From contig CAYVEI010000001.1 of the NCBI GenBank assembly GCA_964450515.1, forward strand, positions 12,885 to 76,884: a stretch of DNA of 64,000 nucleotides, given 5' to 3'. This DNA is from an uncultured Terrimonas sp. GTDB taxonomy: Bacteria > Bacteroidota > Bacteroidia > Chitinophagales > Chitinophagaceae. Position 1 is the first letter of the stretch. The number at the start of each line of letters is the position of its first letter. Both the position numbers and the translations under genes were made by a program. The notes beneath the pieces were generated by a model, which was not told where the DNA came from, did not search any database, and saw only the letters and a program-made list of their open reading frames with translations. This document shows positions 1-9,015 of this stretch, piece after piece.

Positions 1-764
1 GGCCGGTTGAGCACATCGCTTAGCGTGGTTAAAAAAGTAACGGTTTTTTTATCGTTAGACAAAACGGTTTGATTGCCTTTGTATTTTTTTATCTTAACCG
101 GCGCTACAATAACCGTTTTGTAATTCATATCGCCCATCATCATGGTCATTTGCTGCAGCATTTGCATGGATGAATCATTTTGCACCATATTGTTGAACAA
201 TTCTTTATTGATCAGGGTATTGGATACCTTGCCGGAGGCGGCGGCAAAAGCGTATGCCTCCTGCGAAGGGTTTAAAATATTTTTGTCTTTTGACAGATCG
301 GCAGGCATGCTTTCTTCAGCTCCGCTTTCTCCTCCCTGCTTCAGCTTATTTGATACGCCCAGCTTATCTATTACCGCTAAGTAAGATGATTTGAGCGGCG
401 GCAGGTCATTAATATGCCTGAAAGGAAAATTAAGGGTAATTATCAATTCCTTTTCCGCTTCATCTACCCGCATCCGCAGGCTTCCCTCCTGAAACAATTC
501 CTTTTCCTTGGCGGTAAGCACGGTGGAAGTGTCTGTAAAAGGTTTAAAATAAACAGTGGAATCTTTCTTTTCCGGTATTTTGGACTCGTCTTTACTTTCC
601 TGCCCCATCTGGTCCATGAGCGCAAGCATTTTACTCATATCTAAGGTAACAGTGTATACCCCGCTGTTGTTTTTGTTGATCACAATTTTTTCTTCAGTAT
701 CCAGGCAGGAGCTGAAGAACAATAGAAAAAGCAGGGAAGCGATGGCCGGAATTTTGTTGATCAT
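1..764 (-). CDS. hypothetical lipoprotein, N-terminal part only (the 3' end of the gene lies beyond the window start)
   Basis: My own minus-strand translation starts at ATG 764-762 and stays open to position 1 (MINKIPAIASLLFLLFFSSCLDTEEKIVINK...). It has a signal peptide with a lipobox-like FFSSC. It is absent from the ORF track because it runs off the window. The + strand ORFs at 142-768 are antisense shadows of it. Confidence 0.55.
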   Translation of the reverse strand, partial: MINKIPAIASLLFLLFFSSCLDTEEKIVINKNNSGVYTVTLDMSKMLALMDQMGQESKDESKIPEKKDSTVYFKPFTDTSTVLTAKEKELFQEGSLRMRVDEAEKELIITLNFPFRHINDLPPLKSSYLAVIDKLGVSNKLKQGGESGAEESMPADLSKDKNILNPSQEAYAFAAASGKVSNTLINKELFNNMVQNDSSMQMLQQMTMMMGDMNYKTVIVAPVKIKKYKGNQTVLSNDKKTVTFLTTLSDVLNR

Positions 765-951
765 GTAATATAAATTGATAGTATAAGTGTAAAGGTATAA
801 AGACGCACTCCTATTGCGCATACCTCCGGTAATATTTTTTTCTGCTTTACAATGCTCCGGTTGTCCTCATCTGCTGCAATAATGCCCCTGTTTTACACGT
901 AAAACGAACAGGAACCGGTAGAATTGAACGGAGATTTTTGTACCTTTTGGT

Positions 952-2241
952 ATGAAAATGTTTTTCCTGTTGCTTATTTTATTTTTCACCACACCATATA
1001 TGAACGCCCAAACCAAAACAGATGCCTGGCTGTATGAATTATTATACAGGAATGCTTCCGGACCGCTGCTTCATATGCTGAACCATCCCGACAGCTTCCA
1101 ATACCAGTTGATCTATACCCAAATTAACCGCGACAGCCATAATACCCCTTCTTTTAAACATTACTATTGCCATGTTGATAAAAACCAGTATTTTAATCCG
1201 GCCTCTACTGTAAAAATGCCACTGGCCTTCCTGGCATTAGAAAAGCTGAATAAAATGAATAAGCCGGGTGTAAATAAATATACCCCCATGTTAACCGACA
1301 GCGCCTACTCCGGGCAAACAGCGGTGCTTACCGACAGCAGCTCCGAAAATGGGTTGCCCTCCATAGCGCATTACATCAAAAAAATATTTTTAGTAAGTGA
1401 TAACGATGCCTACAACCGCCTGTATGAATTTTTAGGACAAAAAACCATCAATGAACGGCTCCGGCAAATGGGGTATACAAATTTTCGCATTACCCGCCGT
1501 TTTGTTCGCGCTACGGAAGAAGAGAACCGGCATACCAACCCTGTACGCTTTGTTAACGCAGCGGGAGAGCCCCTGTACACCCAGCCTGCCGCTTACAGCA
1601 ACCTGAAATTTGATTTTAGCAAAAAGATATTAGTGGGCCGGGCACACTATAACCGCAACGACCTTTTGATACATGAACCTATGAATTTTACCACGCATAA
1701 CAATGCGCCGCTTGAAGACCTGCAGCAAATCCTGCAATCTGTTTTGTTTCCTGCCTCGGTAAACGCTAAGCAACGGTTTGATTTAACCCCCGGCGATTAC
1801 CGGTTTCTTTACCGGTATATGTGTATGCTCCCTGCCGAAAGCAAATATCCTGAATATGATACCGCCACATTCTTCAACAGCTACACAAAGTTTTTCCTGT
1901 TCAGATCCGGCAGGACCAAAATACCATCGTATATTAAAGTGTTCAATAAAACAGGCTGGAGCTATGGTTTTTTAACGGATATCGCGTACATCGCTGATTT
2001 TAAAAATAAAGTGGAGTTTATGCTGAGCGGTACCATTTATGTAAACCGCAATGGTATACTCAACGATGATAATTATGAATACGAAGAACTGGGCTACCCG
2101 TTTTTTAAAGCAGTGGGAGATATTATTTATCAGCATGAATTAAAGCGGGAACGACGGTTTGTTCCGGACCTGAAAAATTTTAATACCGCGAGTGCCCGCC
2201 CGGCTGAACGCCGTTCGGACGGGGTGAATAATGAGCAATGA
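952..2241 (+). CDS. secreted serine hydrolase, class A beta-lactamase-like fold
   Basis: 429-aa ORF with signal peptide MKMFFLLLILFFTTPYMNAQ. It carries the motifs S-x-x-K (STVK), SDN (VSDND) and KTG (NKTGW). Confidence 0.7.
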   Translation: MKMFFLLLILFFTTPYMNAQTKTDAWLYELLYRNASGPLLHMLNHPDSFQYQLIYTQINRDSHNTPSFKHYYCHVDKNQYFNPASTVKMPLAFLALEKLNKMNKPGVNKYTPMLTDSAYSGQTAVLTDSSSENGLPSIAHYIKKIFLVSDNDAYNRLYEFLGQKTINERLRQMGYTNFRITRRFVRATEEENRHTNPVRFVNAAGEPLYTQPAAYSNLKFDFSKKILVGRAHYNRNDLLIHEPMNFTTHNNAPLEDLQQILQSVLFPASVNAKQRFDLTPGDYRFLYRYMCMLPAESKYPEYDTATFFNSYTKFFLFRSGRTKIPSYIKVFNKTGWSYGFLTDIAYIADFKNKVEFMLSGTIYVNRNGILNDDNYEYEELGYPFFKAVGDIIYQHELKRERRFVPDLKNFNTASARPAERRSDGVNNEQ

Positions 2242-2309
2242 ATGCAAAACCAGCGCGAATACAAAACGCCGTAGTTGTTTACATAGCGTCACACAAAATC
2301 TAAAAGAAA

Positions 2310-4127
2310 ATGAATGTTATTACCCGGATCATTATCTTTATTTGCATAGTAGCAGGCACGCCCTCCGCTTTTTCACAATCGGCCTGGATACGCATTAACC
2401 AGTTGGGCTATACGCCTGAGGGCATTAAAGTGGCGGTATGGGGCGGTAAAGAAAAGCTGTCGTTTAAGCAATGGCAACTGGTAGACGCCGCTTCAAAAAA
2501 AGTGGTGTTCAGCGCAAAAGCAGGAAGGTCTTTGGGTGCTTACGGTCCGTTCAGGGAAACGCTGCGTTTAAACTTTTCTGCGTTCACGCAATCCGGGCGT
2601 TATTATTTGCAGGCAGGCGCTGTTGTGTCGCCCGAATTTGAAATTGGCAGGGATGTTTATAAAGGCGCGGCAGATTTTTGCTTATACTATATGCGCCAGC
2701 AACGCAATAAATTTAACCCCATAACCAAAGACAGTTGCCATACACAGGATGGCTATACTTTATACGGGCCCATGCCCGACAGTACCTTCATTGACGTTAG
2801 TGGCGGCTGGCACGATGCTACCGATTACCTGCAATACGTAACCACTTCAGCCAATGCCACCTTTCACCTGCTGGCCGCCTACCGCGATTTTCCGGGAGCT
2901 TTTGGCGATGCCCACCAGGCTAACGGGCTGGAAGGCAGCAATGATATACCCGATGTGTTAGATGAAGCACGGTGGGGGCTAGACTGGCTGCTGAAAATGC
3001 ACCCGCGGGCCGACTGGATGTTTAACCAGGTAGCCGACGACCGCGATCATATTGGGATGCGTATGCCCGGAATGGACAGCCAGTACGGCCGCGGATACCA
3101 GCGCCCGGTATATTTTGTAAGCGGGGCGCCGCAAATAAGAGGGAAATTTATGAACAACACCAGGGGCACTTCTTCAACGGCAGGAAAATTCAGCAGCGCT
3201 TTTTCGCTGGGAGCTCTCACTTTTAATTCGCTTGATAATAGTTATTCTCAAACATTAGAGGAAAAGTCGTACAGCGCCTTTGCATTTGGATTAAAGAAAC
3301 CGGGTAACACGCAAACCGCTTCGGTGGTATCGCCCTATATTTATGCCGAAGACAACTGGATGGACGATATGGAACTGGCCGGCGCTATGCTGGGCGATGC
3401 CGCCGCGCCGCAGTTAGGAGGAACCAACGGTATAGATTATGCATACAGCCTGGCGCAAAAGGAACCGTTAACACCCTGGCTGGGCGCCGATACCGCCAGT
3501 CATTACCAGTGGTATCCCTTTATTAATGTGGGTCATTATGAACTGATCAAAAAATTAAGCGATAAAAGAAAGGATACTGTAGCAGGCTACTACAAAAAGG
3601 GGATTGAACTGGTATGGAACAAAGCAAAGCAGAACGCTTTTTTGCGCGGCGTACCCTTTATATGGTGCAGCAATAACCTTACTACTTCATTTGCCATACA
3701 ATGTTACTGGTACCGGCAAGCCACAGGCGATACAAGTTTTGAAGAGCTGGAGCAGGCTAACTTCGACTGGCTGTTTGGCTGCAACCCCTGGGGAACCGGC
3801 ATGGTATATGGCCTGCCCGCCTGGGGCGATACGCCCGGCGACCCGCATGCGTCTTTTTTAAAAGTGGGAAATTTCCCGGTTAACGGCGGCATTGTGGATG
3901 GGCCGGTGTATGGCAGTATTTTTGGAAATCTCATAGGCCTTGAGCTTACTAAGCCCGACGCATACGCGCAGTTTCAAAGTCCATTGGCCGTATACCATGA
4001 TGATTCGGGTGATTACAGCACCAATGAACCCACTATGGATGGAACGGCTTCACTGATCTACCTGCTGGCGGCCAAGGAAAGCGGTGATGCTTCACCTGCA
4101 GGGGCAACTTCTAAAAAAAAACGCTAA
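2310..4127 (+). CDS. glycoside hydrolase family 9 enzyme with an N-terminal Ig-like domain
   Basis: 605-aa ORF with a signal peptide. GH9-type motifs are GGWHDATDYLQY, NWMDDMELAGAML and the C-terminal YHDDSGDYSTNEPTMDGTASLIYLLA. It ends right after an A9 tract. Confidence 0.75.
   Translation: MNVITRIIIFICIVAGTPSAFSQSAWIRINQLGYTPEGIKVAVWGGKEKLSFKQWQLVDAASKKVVFSAKAGRSLGAYGPFRETLRLNFSAFTQSGRYYLQAGAVVSPEFEIGRDVYKGAADFCLYYMRQQRNKFNPITKDSCHTQDGYTLYGPMPDSTFIDVSGGWHDATDYLQYVTTSANATFHLLAAYRDFPGAFGDAHQANGLEGSNDIPDVLDEARWGLDWLLKMHPRADWMFNQVADDRDHIGMRMPGMDSQYGRGYQRPVYFVSGAPQIRGKFMNNTRGTSSTAGKFSSAFSLGALTFNSLDNSYSQTLEEKSYSAFAFGLKKPGNTQTASVVSPYIYAEDNWMDDMELAGAMLGDAAAPQLGGTNGIDYAYSLAQKEPLTPWLGADTASHYQWYPFINVGHYELIKKLSDKRKDTVAGYYKKGIELVWNKAKQNAFLRGVPFIWCSNNLTTSFAIQCYWYRQATGDTSFEELEQANFDWLFGCNPWGTGMVYGLPAWGDTPGDPHASFLKVGNFPVNGGIVDGPVYGSIFGNLIGLELTKPDAYAQFQSPLAVYHDDSGDYSTNEPTMDGTASLIYLLAAKESGDASPAGATSKKKR
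4113..4121 (+). promoter_or_regulatory. A9 homopolymer, candidate -1 slippery site (A_AAA_AAA) at the GH9/deacetylase junction
   Basis: The zero-frame codons are tct aaa aaa aaa cgc taa. Reading on from 4121 in the -1 frame gives acg cta acc ..., the deacetylase frame. Confidence 0.4.
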
Positions 4128-4843
4128 CCGGCAATAAGCAGCACAAACCATTCAGCTACGACCATGGCGGTATAATAAGGGGCGACACAAGCGTCAAAGC
4201 CATTGCCATTGTTTTTACCGGAGATGAATTTGGAGATGGCGGCAACGTTATTGCCCGCATCTTAAAGCAACAAAAAGTAAAGGCATCTTTTTTTCTTACC
4301 GGTAATTTTTACCGTGATCCCGCATTTACAACGCTTATTGGCAGGCTAAAGAAAGACGGGCATTACTTAGGAAGCCATTCCGATAAACATTTGCTGTATT
4401 GCGACTGGTATAAAAGAGACAGCTTGCTGGTAACAAAAGAAGCGGTTACTGCCGATTTGATGAACAGCTATGCTACAATGAAGGGTTTTGGCATCACAAA
4501 AAAAAATGCTCCGTTTTTTCTGCCTCCCTACGAATGGTATAACGACAGCATTACCGCCTGGACAAAGCAGCAGGGGCTAACGCTGATTAACTTTACACCG
4601 GGCACATTAAGCAATGCCGATTATACTACCCCCGACATGAAAAATTACCGCTCATCGGATACCATATATCAATCTATAATAGCGTATGAACAAAAGCAAG
4701 GGCTGAACGGCTTTATTTTATTACTGCATATTGGTTCCGACGCTAAACGAACAGATAAGATGTATAACCGTTTGGGCAGCCTGCTGCAATACCTCAAAGA
4801 AAAACAATACCGCCTGGTGCAGGTGGATGAATTATTGAAATAA
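4115..4843 (+). CDS. polysaccharide deacetylase (CE4/NodB-like) reading frame with no ATG/GTG/TTG start before 4391; either a frameshift continuation of the GH9 gene or a pseudogene
   Basis: My translation upstream of the track ORF (4391..4843) stays open back to the stop at 4112-4114. It reads KKTLTGNKQHKPFSYDHGGIIRGDTSVKAIAIVFTGDEFGDGG...GSHSDKH. This includes the NodB-like motif 1 (TGDE), an H-S-x-x-H motif (HSDKH) and a later LLLHIGS. Confidence 0.55.
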   Translation, partial: KKTLTGNKQHKPFSYDHGGIIRGDTSVKAIAIVFTGDEFGDGGNVIARILKQQKVKASFFLTGNFYRDPAFTTLIGRLKKDGHYLGSHSDKHLLYCDWYKRDSLLVTKEAVTADLMNSYATMKGFGITKKNAPFFLPPYEWYNDSITAWTKQQGLTLINFTPGTLSNADYTTPDMKNYRSSDTIYQSIIAYEQKQGLNGFILLLHIGSDAKRTDKMYNRLGSLLQYLKEKQYRLVQVDELLK

Positions 4844-4870
4844 GTATATAGCGGCCGGGGGGTTAAAAGG

Positions 4871-4929
4871 TAATATGTTGCCACGAAGTAGCTCACCTGC
4901 CTACCGGACAGCAGGCGGTAGGCAGGGAC
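4871..4929. repeat. intergenic repeat unit, copy 1 (AATATGTTGCCACGAAG word plus an 11-bp CCTGCCTACCG/CGGTAGGCAGG hairpin followed by GAC)
   Basis: Word at 4872-4888. Hairpin arms at 4896-4906 and 4916-4926. A related unit lies at 6131-6174. Confidence 0.7.
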
Positions 4930-5066
4930 GCGAAAAAATAAAACGGGAAGATCAGCACTTTGTGTTTTTGTGTCTTAATGGCATTTCTTTCATACCGGCC
5001 CCTTTTGAGACAGCCTCAGACCGCAATATACAAAGTGGATAGCTCATATTCTTTACCTTTACGTTC

Positions 5067-6095
5067 ATGCCCGGCATTCATATTTACGATAGCATCAATT
5101 TATTATCAAAGCTCAGCTTACGGCGCGCCTGGAACGCAGGCAAGGTATTAAGCAGCTACTATATCAGCCGCTGGAGTAAAAAACCGGTGCAATGGGGCTA
5201 TCCTATTTCTATTTCTTTTGAGCCTACCACTTCCTGTAACCTGCGTTGCCCCGAATGCCCGAGCGGGTTAAGAAGCTTTACACGGCCCACCGGCATGCTT
5301 AAAAAAGATTTCTTCAGCCAAACGATTGATGAAATATATAAAGACCTGCTGTACCTGGTATTTTATTTCCAGGGCGAGCCTTATCTTAACCCCGGCTTCC
5401 TGGAAATGGTGCGCTACGCTTCAAATAAAAAAATTTATACCGCCACCTCTACCAATGCGCATTATCTTAATGATGATAATGCACGCAAAACCATTGAAAG
5501 CGGCTTAGACCGGCTTATCATATCTATTGACGGCACCACACAGGAAGTTTACCAGCAATACCGCCGCGGCGGAAAATTAGATAAGGTAATAGAAGGCGCT
5601 AAAAATATTGTGAAGTGGAAAAGGAAACTGAAAAGCAAAACGCCTTTTGTAATATTCCAGTTCCTGGTAGTGAAGCCCAACGAACACCAGATACAGGATG
5701 TAAAACAACTGGCAAAAGAAGTGGGGGTTGATGATGTGTGGTATAAAACCGCCCAGGTTTATGATTATGAAAACGACCCCAACAACCTAATCCCGGCCAC
5801 TGATCAGTTCAGCCGTTATAAGAAAACCAAAACCGGCGGCTATACTATTAAGAACAAGCTGGATAATCATTGCTGGAAGCTGTGGCACGCCAATGTAATT
5901 ACGTGGGACGGGTTGGTTGTTCCCTGTTGCTTTGATAAGGATGCCATGCACCGCCTGGGTAATTTAAAAACACAGTCGTTTAAGGAAATATGGCATAACG
6001 ACAACTACAGGCAGTTTCGCAGCGAACTGATGACCAGCCGGAAAAATATTGATATTTGCGCCAACTGCAGCGAGGGAACCAAAGTGTGGGGCTGA
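5067..6095 (+). CDS. radical SAM protein with a Cys-rich SPASM-like C-terminus
   Basis: It has the CX3CX2C motif CNLRCPEC. The C-terminal cysteine clusters are VVPCCFDKD and DICANCSEG. Confidence 0.75.
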   Translation: MPGIHIYDSINLLSKLSLRRAWNAGKVLSSYYISRWSKKPVQWGYPISISFEPTTSCNLRCPECPSGLRSFTRPTGMLKKDFFSQTIDEIYKDLLYLVFYFQGEPYLNPGFLEMVRYASNKKIYTATSTNAHYLNDDNARKTIESGLDRLIISIDGTTQEVYQQYRRGGKLDKVIEGAKNIVKWKRKLKSKTPFVIFQFLVVKPNEHQIQDVKQLAKEVGVDDVWYKTAQVYDYENDPNNLIPATDQFSRYKKTKTGGYTIKNKLDNHCWKLWHANVITWDGLVVPCCFDKDAMHRLGNLKTQSFKEIWHNDNYRQFRSELMTSRKNIDICANCSEGTKVWG

Positions 6096-6130
6096 TCGCC
6101 GGAAGAGGTGGTACCCCAAACCGGTATGAA

Positions 6131-6174
6131 AATATGCCACTAAGACTTAAACCTGTCTGCCGGCAGGCAGGGAC
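6131..6174. repeat. intergenic repeat unit, copy 2 (AATATGCCACTAAG word plus CCTGTCTGCCGGCAGGCAGG hairpin followed by GAC), direct orientation relative to copy 1
   Basis: Aligned by eye to 4872-4929. Same word order and the same GGCAGGGAC end. Confidence 0.65.
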
Positions 6175-6197
6175 ACCAAGCCCTGAGGTTTTATTTT

Positions 6198-6231
6198 CTT
6201 CGTGGCTTAGTGGCTTAGTGGCAACATATTA
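6198..6231. repeat. three tandem 8-9 nt units (cttcgtggc ttagtggc ttagtggc) followed by an inverted copy of the AATATGTTGCCAC word
   Basis: The reverse complement reads TAATATGTTGCCACTAAGCCACTAAGCCACGAAG. Confidence 0.7.
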
Positions 6232-6313
6232 TTTTTAGACAGCCCCTATATTTCCACTTTTCAACGTTTATGGCGCAGCACTATATGATATTACAAAAAA
6301 CTGCTCTTCTTAT

Positions 6314-6928
6314 ATGCTTTTACACGTTCACCCGGTTGACCCGCAACCGCGCCAGATAAAAACCATTGTTGAATGTTTGCAAAACGGCGGCATCATTATA
6401 TATCCTACAGATACCATTTATGGATTAGGATGCGATATCTTTCAGCATAAAGCCATAGAACGCATTGCCCGTATCAAGCAGATAGATCCGGGAAAAGCTA
6501 ATTTTTCATTTGTGTGTTACGATCTCAGCGACCTGAGCGTTTATTCCAAAAGTATTGATACGCCCTTATACCGTATATTAAAAACCTATTTGCCCGGGCC
6601 CTATACTTTTATACTGCCCTCAAGTAAAGAAGTGCCCAAAATTTTAAAAAGTAAAAAAAATACTGTAGGGATCAGGGTGCCTGAAAATAAAATTGCCAGA
6701 ATGATCGTGCAGGAGCTTGGTCATCCTATATTAAGTACAACGCTGCCCGGCGATATGGTGGAAGCGTATACCGATCCCGAAATCATTGACGACAATTTTA
6801 ATAAGCTCGTAGATATTGTAGTAGATGGCGGTATCGGCGGGGTAACGCCATCTACCGTTATTGACTGCACGGGCAGCTCGCCGGTGCTGGTAAGGATGGG
6901 GCTGGGAGAGTGGTATGAATCTGTTTGA
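6314..6928 (+). CDS. tsaC: L-threonylcarbamoyladenylate synthase, Sua5/YrdC/YciO family
   Basis: 204 aa with the YrdC-type N-terminus IIIYPTDTIYGLGCD, and the size of a single-domain TsaC. Confidence 0.75.
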   Translation: MLLHVHPVDPQPRQIKTIVECLQNGGIIIYPTDTIYGLGCDIFQHKAIERIARIKQIDPGKANFSFVCYDLSDLSVYSKSIDTPLYRILKTYLPGPYTFILPSSKEVPKILKSKKNTVGIRVPENKIARMIVQELGHPILSTTLPGDMVEAYTDPEIIDDNFNKLVDIVVDGGIGGVTPSTVIDCTGSSPVLVRMGLGEWYESV

Positions 6929-6939
6929 TATGCCGGATT

Positions 6940-8163
6940 TTATTGCGCCGTTAAAGCTGTTTTACTATTGGCTTTAAAAACCCTGATAAAATTTCCGCCT
7001 AAAATTTTCAATATATCTTTTTCACTGTATCCCCTCTCCATCAGCGCTTTTGTTACTTTCGGATAATCCTGCACACCGCTTAATTCCTTAGGCAGCGATT
7101 CTATCCCGTCCATATCGGCGCCTAACCCTACATGATCGGTACCTGCCAGCTTTACCATATAGTCAATGTGATCTATGAGCAGCGATAATGGCGGAAGGAT
7201 TGTTTCCATTTCACCGGCATATTTTTTTCCCAGCCATTCCGCAACAGCATAGGGCTGCCAGCCCAGCTGCTTCAGCGAATCTTTTTCTGCACGGTGGCGT
7301 TCAAAAATTTTCTTCCGGTTTTTCTGGTAATTGCTGTCTAAAAAACCCGGGTAAAAATTTACCTGTATCACACCGCCGTTCTTTGCCACCGCTTTTATTT
7401 GTTCGTCTTTGAGGTTCCGGAACACCGGGCAAATGGCATATACACTGCTGTGCGATAACAGCACCGGCCTGGTTGTAACTTTCATTACATCATAAAATGT
7501 TTGTTCGCCAACATGCGACAGGTCAATCATCATGCCCATTTCGTTCATCCGTTTTACTACCTGCACTCCAAAATCAGTTAGTCCTTTTCTTTTGATTTCC
7601 CTGCCCGGTATTTCAGCTCCCGTATCTTCATAGGCAGATTCCTCTTTTGCCGACCCGGCCCACGAAGTAGAATTATTCCAGGTAAGCGTAAGGTAGCGGG
7701 CGCCACGCTTATACAGGCTGTCTAAATAATCCAGCCGGTCTTCTATCATATGCCCGCCTTCCACGCCGATCATGCAGCCCAGCTTTTTTTGGCGTACCGC
7801 TTTCTGTAAATCCGCAGGCGAGGTAACCATCATCATTTTAGCCGGGTTGCGCTTAACGATAGCATACAGGGAATCTATTTCCAGGTTAGCAAAACGGAAT
7901 GCTGTATCCTTTCCAAAGGTTTCATCACAAAAAACAGAGAACACCTGCACATCTACCCCGCCTTTTTTAAACCGGGCAATATCCGAATGGGCTTTGCCGG
8001 TAAGATCATCTTCAATATTCAGTCCGTGCATGGTAGCCGAAGAGAGCACATCATTATGGGTATCCACCACAATTGCTTTCTGGTGTATGGTTCTATGATC
8101 TTGCGCATGAACAGCAATATTATACAACAAAAAAACAAATAACAGAAAAGTGTGTTGCCTCAT
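6940..8163 (-). CDS. membrane dipeptidase, peptidase family M19
   Basis: Carries the VVDTHNDV motif. I prefer the start at Met 8163 (MRQHTFLLFVFLLYNIAVHAQ signal peptide) over the track start at 8199. Confidence 0.8.
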   Translation of the reverse strand: MRQHTFLLFVFLLYNIAVHAQDHRTIHQKAIVVDTHNDVLSSATMHGLNIEDDLTGKAHSDIARFKKGGVDVQVFSVFCDETFGKDTAFRFANLEIDSLYAIVKRNPAKMMMVTSPADLQKAVRQKKLGCMIGVEGGHMIEDRLDYLDSLYKRGARYLTLTWNNSTSWAGSAKEESAYEDTGAEIPGREIKRKGLTDFGVQVVKRMNEMGMMIDLSHVGEQTFYDVMKVTTRPVLLSHSSVYAICPVFRNLKDEQIKAVAKNGGVIQVNFYPGFLDSNYQKNRKKIFERHRAEKDSLKQLGWQPYAVAEWLGKKYAGEMETILPPLSLLIDHIDYMVKLAGTDHVGLGADMDGIESLPKELSGVQDYPKVTKALMERGYSEKDILKILGGNFIRVFKANSKTALTAQ

Positions 8164-8186
8164 GATGCAAAAATTATTTTTAATGT

Positions 8187-8295
8187 ATTCTTTTAACACA
8201 TAGGATCATAGCTGTACATAGTTCTTTCTATTGTGTTCCTATGTTTCTATTGTGTCTATGTGTTTAACGCATTCTTTTAACACATGAGATCATAG
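8187..8295. repeat. pair of 25-nt direct repeats (ATTCTTTTAACACATAGGATCATAG / ATTCTTTTAACACATGAGATCATAG) bracketing CACAATAGAAA-type words
   Basis: Copies at 8187-8211 and 8271-8295 differ at 2 positions. They sit in the dipeptidase upstream region. Confidence 0.8.
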
Positions 8296-8342
8296 AAGAC
8301 ACACAAGAAGCCGGCTTCCATAACAGGAGTTGTTTCCGCAGC

Positions 8343-8894
8343 TTATTCCTCTTTATTTCCTTTTTCGCCAATGAACCATTGCTCTTTATTTTTAAAAAGC
8401 ACATTAAATGTAGTTAACGATCCATATATGCGGGTAATGTATTGCTGGAGATTTACCTTATCTTCATCGCTGAGCTTTTTGTGCGCATTAATCTGTTGTT
8501 CCAGCACCCGGAGCCTGTCGCGCAGCATTACAACTTTGTGAAAGAAAATTTCCACGGGTATCTCTTTGGGCTTCAATGAGTGATCTGCAGGTTGCAGGAG
8601 CATGGTTCCGCCGGTCCACCGGTCGCCCAAAGGCACTTTCTCCGTTACATCTCCCCATAGCCGTAAAATTTTAAGCAACGACTTCTCCGTTCCCGAAACC
8701 GTTTCCACCTCCGCAGTTACCTTTTCCGGAATGATCTCATCGAGCTGCTGATCGGTTTTATCAATTTCCTTTATGCCATGGTTGATAAAAGAGATGATAT
8801 AGACGGCGTATTTAACGCCCACAATAACCCCGGGGCCATACTGTGTATGCTGCAACCGGGTACCAATGCCCAGTGTAAGTTGTTCCTGTTCCAT
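8343..8894 (-). CDS. hypothetical protein
   Basis: 183-aa ORF with a clean intergenic context. I recognise no motif. Confidence 0.45.
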   Translation of the reverse strand: MEQEQLTLGIGTRLQHTQYGPGVIVGVKYAVYIISFINHGIKEIDKTDQQLDEIIPEKVTAEVETVSGTEKSLLKILRLWGDVTEKVPLGDRWTGGTMLLQPADHSLKPKEIPVEIFFHKVVMLRDRLRVLEQQINAHKKLSDEDKVNLQQYITRIYGSLTTFNVLFKNKEQWFIGEKGNKEE

Positions 8895-9015
8895 AATACT
8901 TTATAAATGTAAGTAAGGCTTCAAATAAAACGAATATCGCTACTTTTACTTTTTAACAGGTATATGCGTTTTTGCCCTATTAAAAACCTAAGAAAGGCTG
9001 TTAAAATTACATTAC

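Noticed and set aside
142-768. Three + strand ORFs from the track (142..384, 414..644, 556..768)
   Set aside because: They are low-complexity antisense shadows of a continuous minus-strand lipoprotein ORF (1..764). That ORF has a convincing signal peptide and was missed by the track only because it runs off the window.
4391-4843. 150-aa ORF with a TTG start, as given by the track, taken as the complete deacetylase gene
   Set aside because: The same frame is open and clearly deacetylase-like for another 92 codons upstream, including the first catalytic motif. A protein starting at 4391 would be a truncated enzyme.
6198-6231. Tandem short repeats checked as a possible CRISPR array, along with the rest of the window
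   Set aside because: The units are 8-9 nt with no spacers. Nothing in the window shows the 25-40 nt repeat-spacer periodicity of a CRISPR array, and no cas genes are present.
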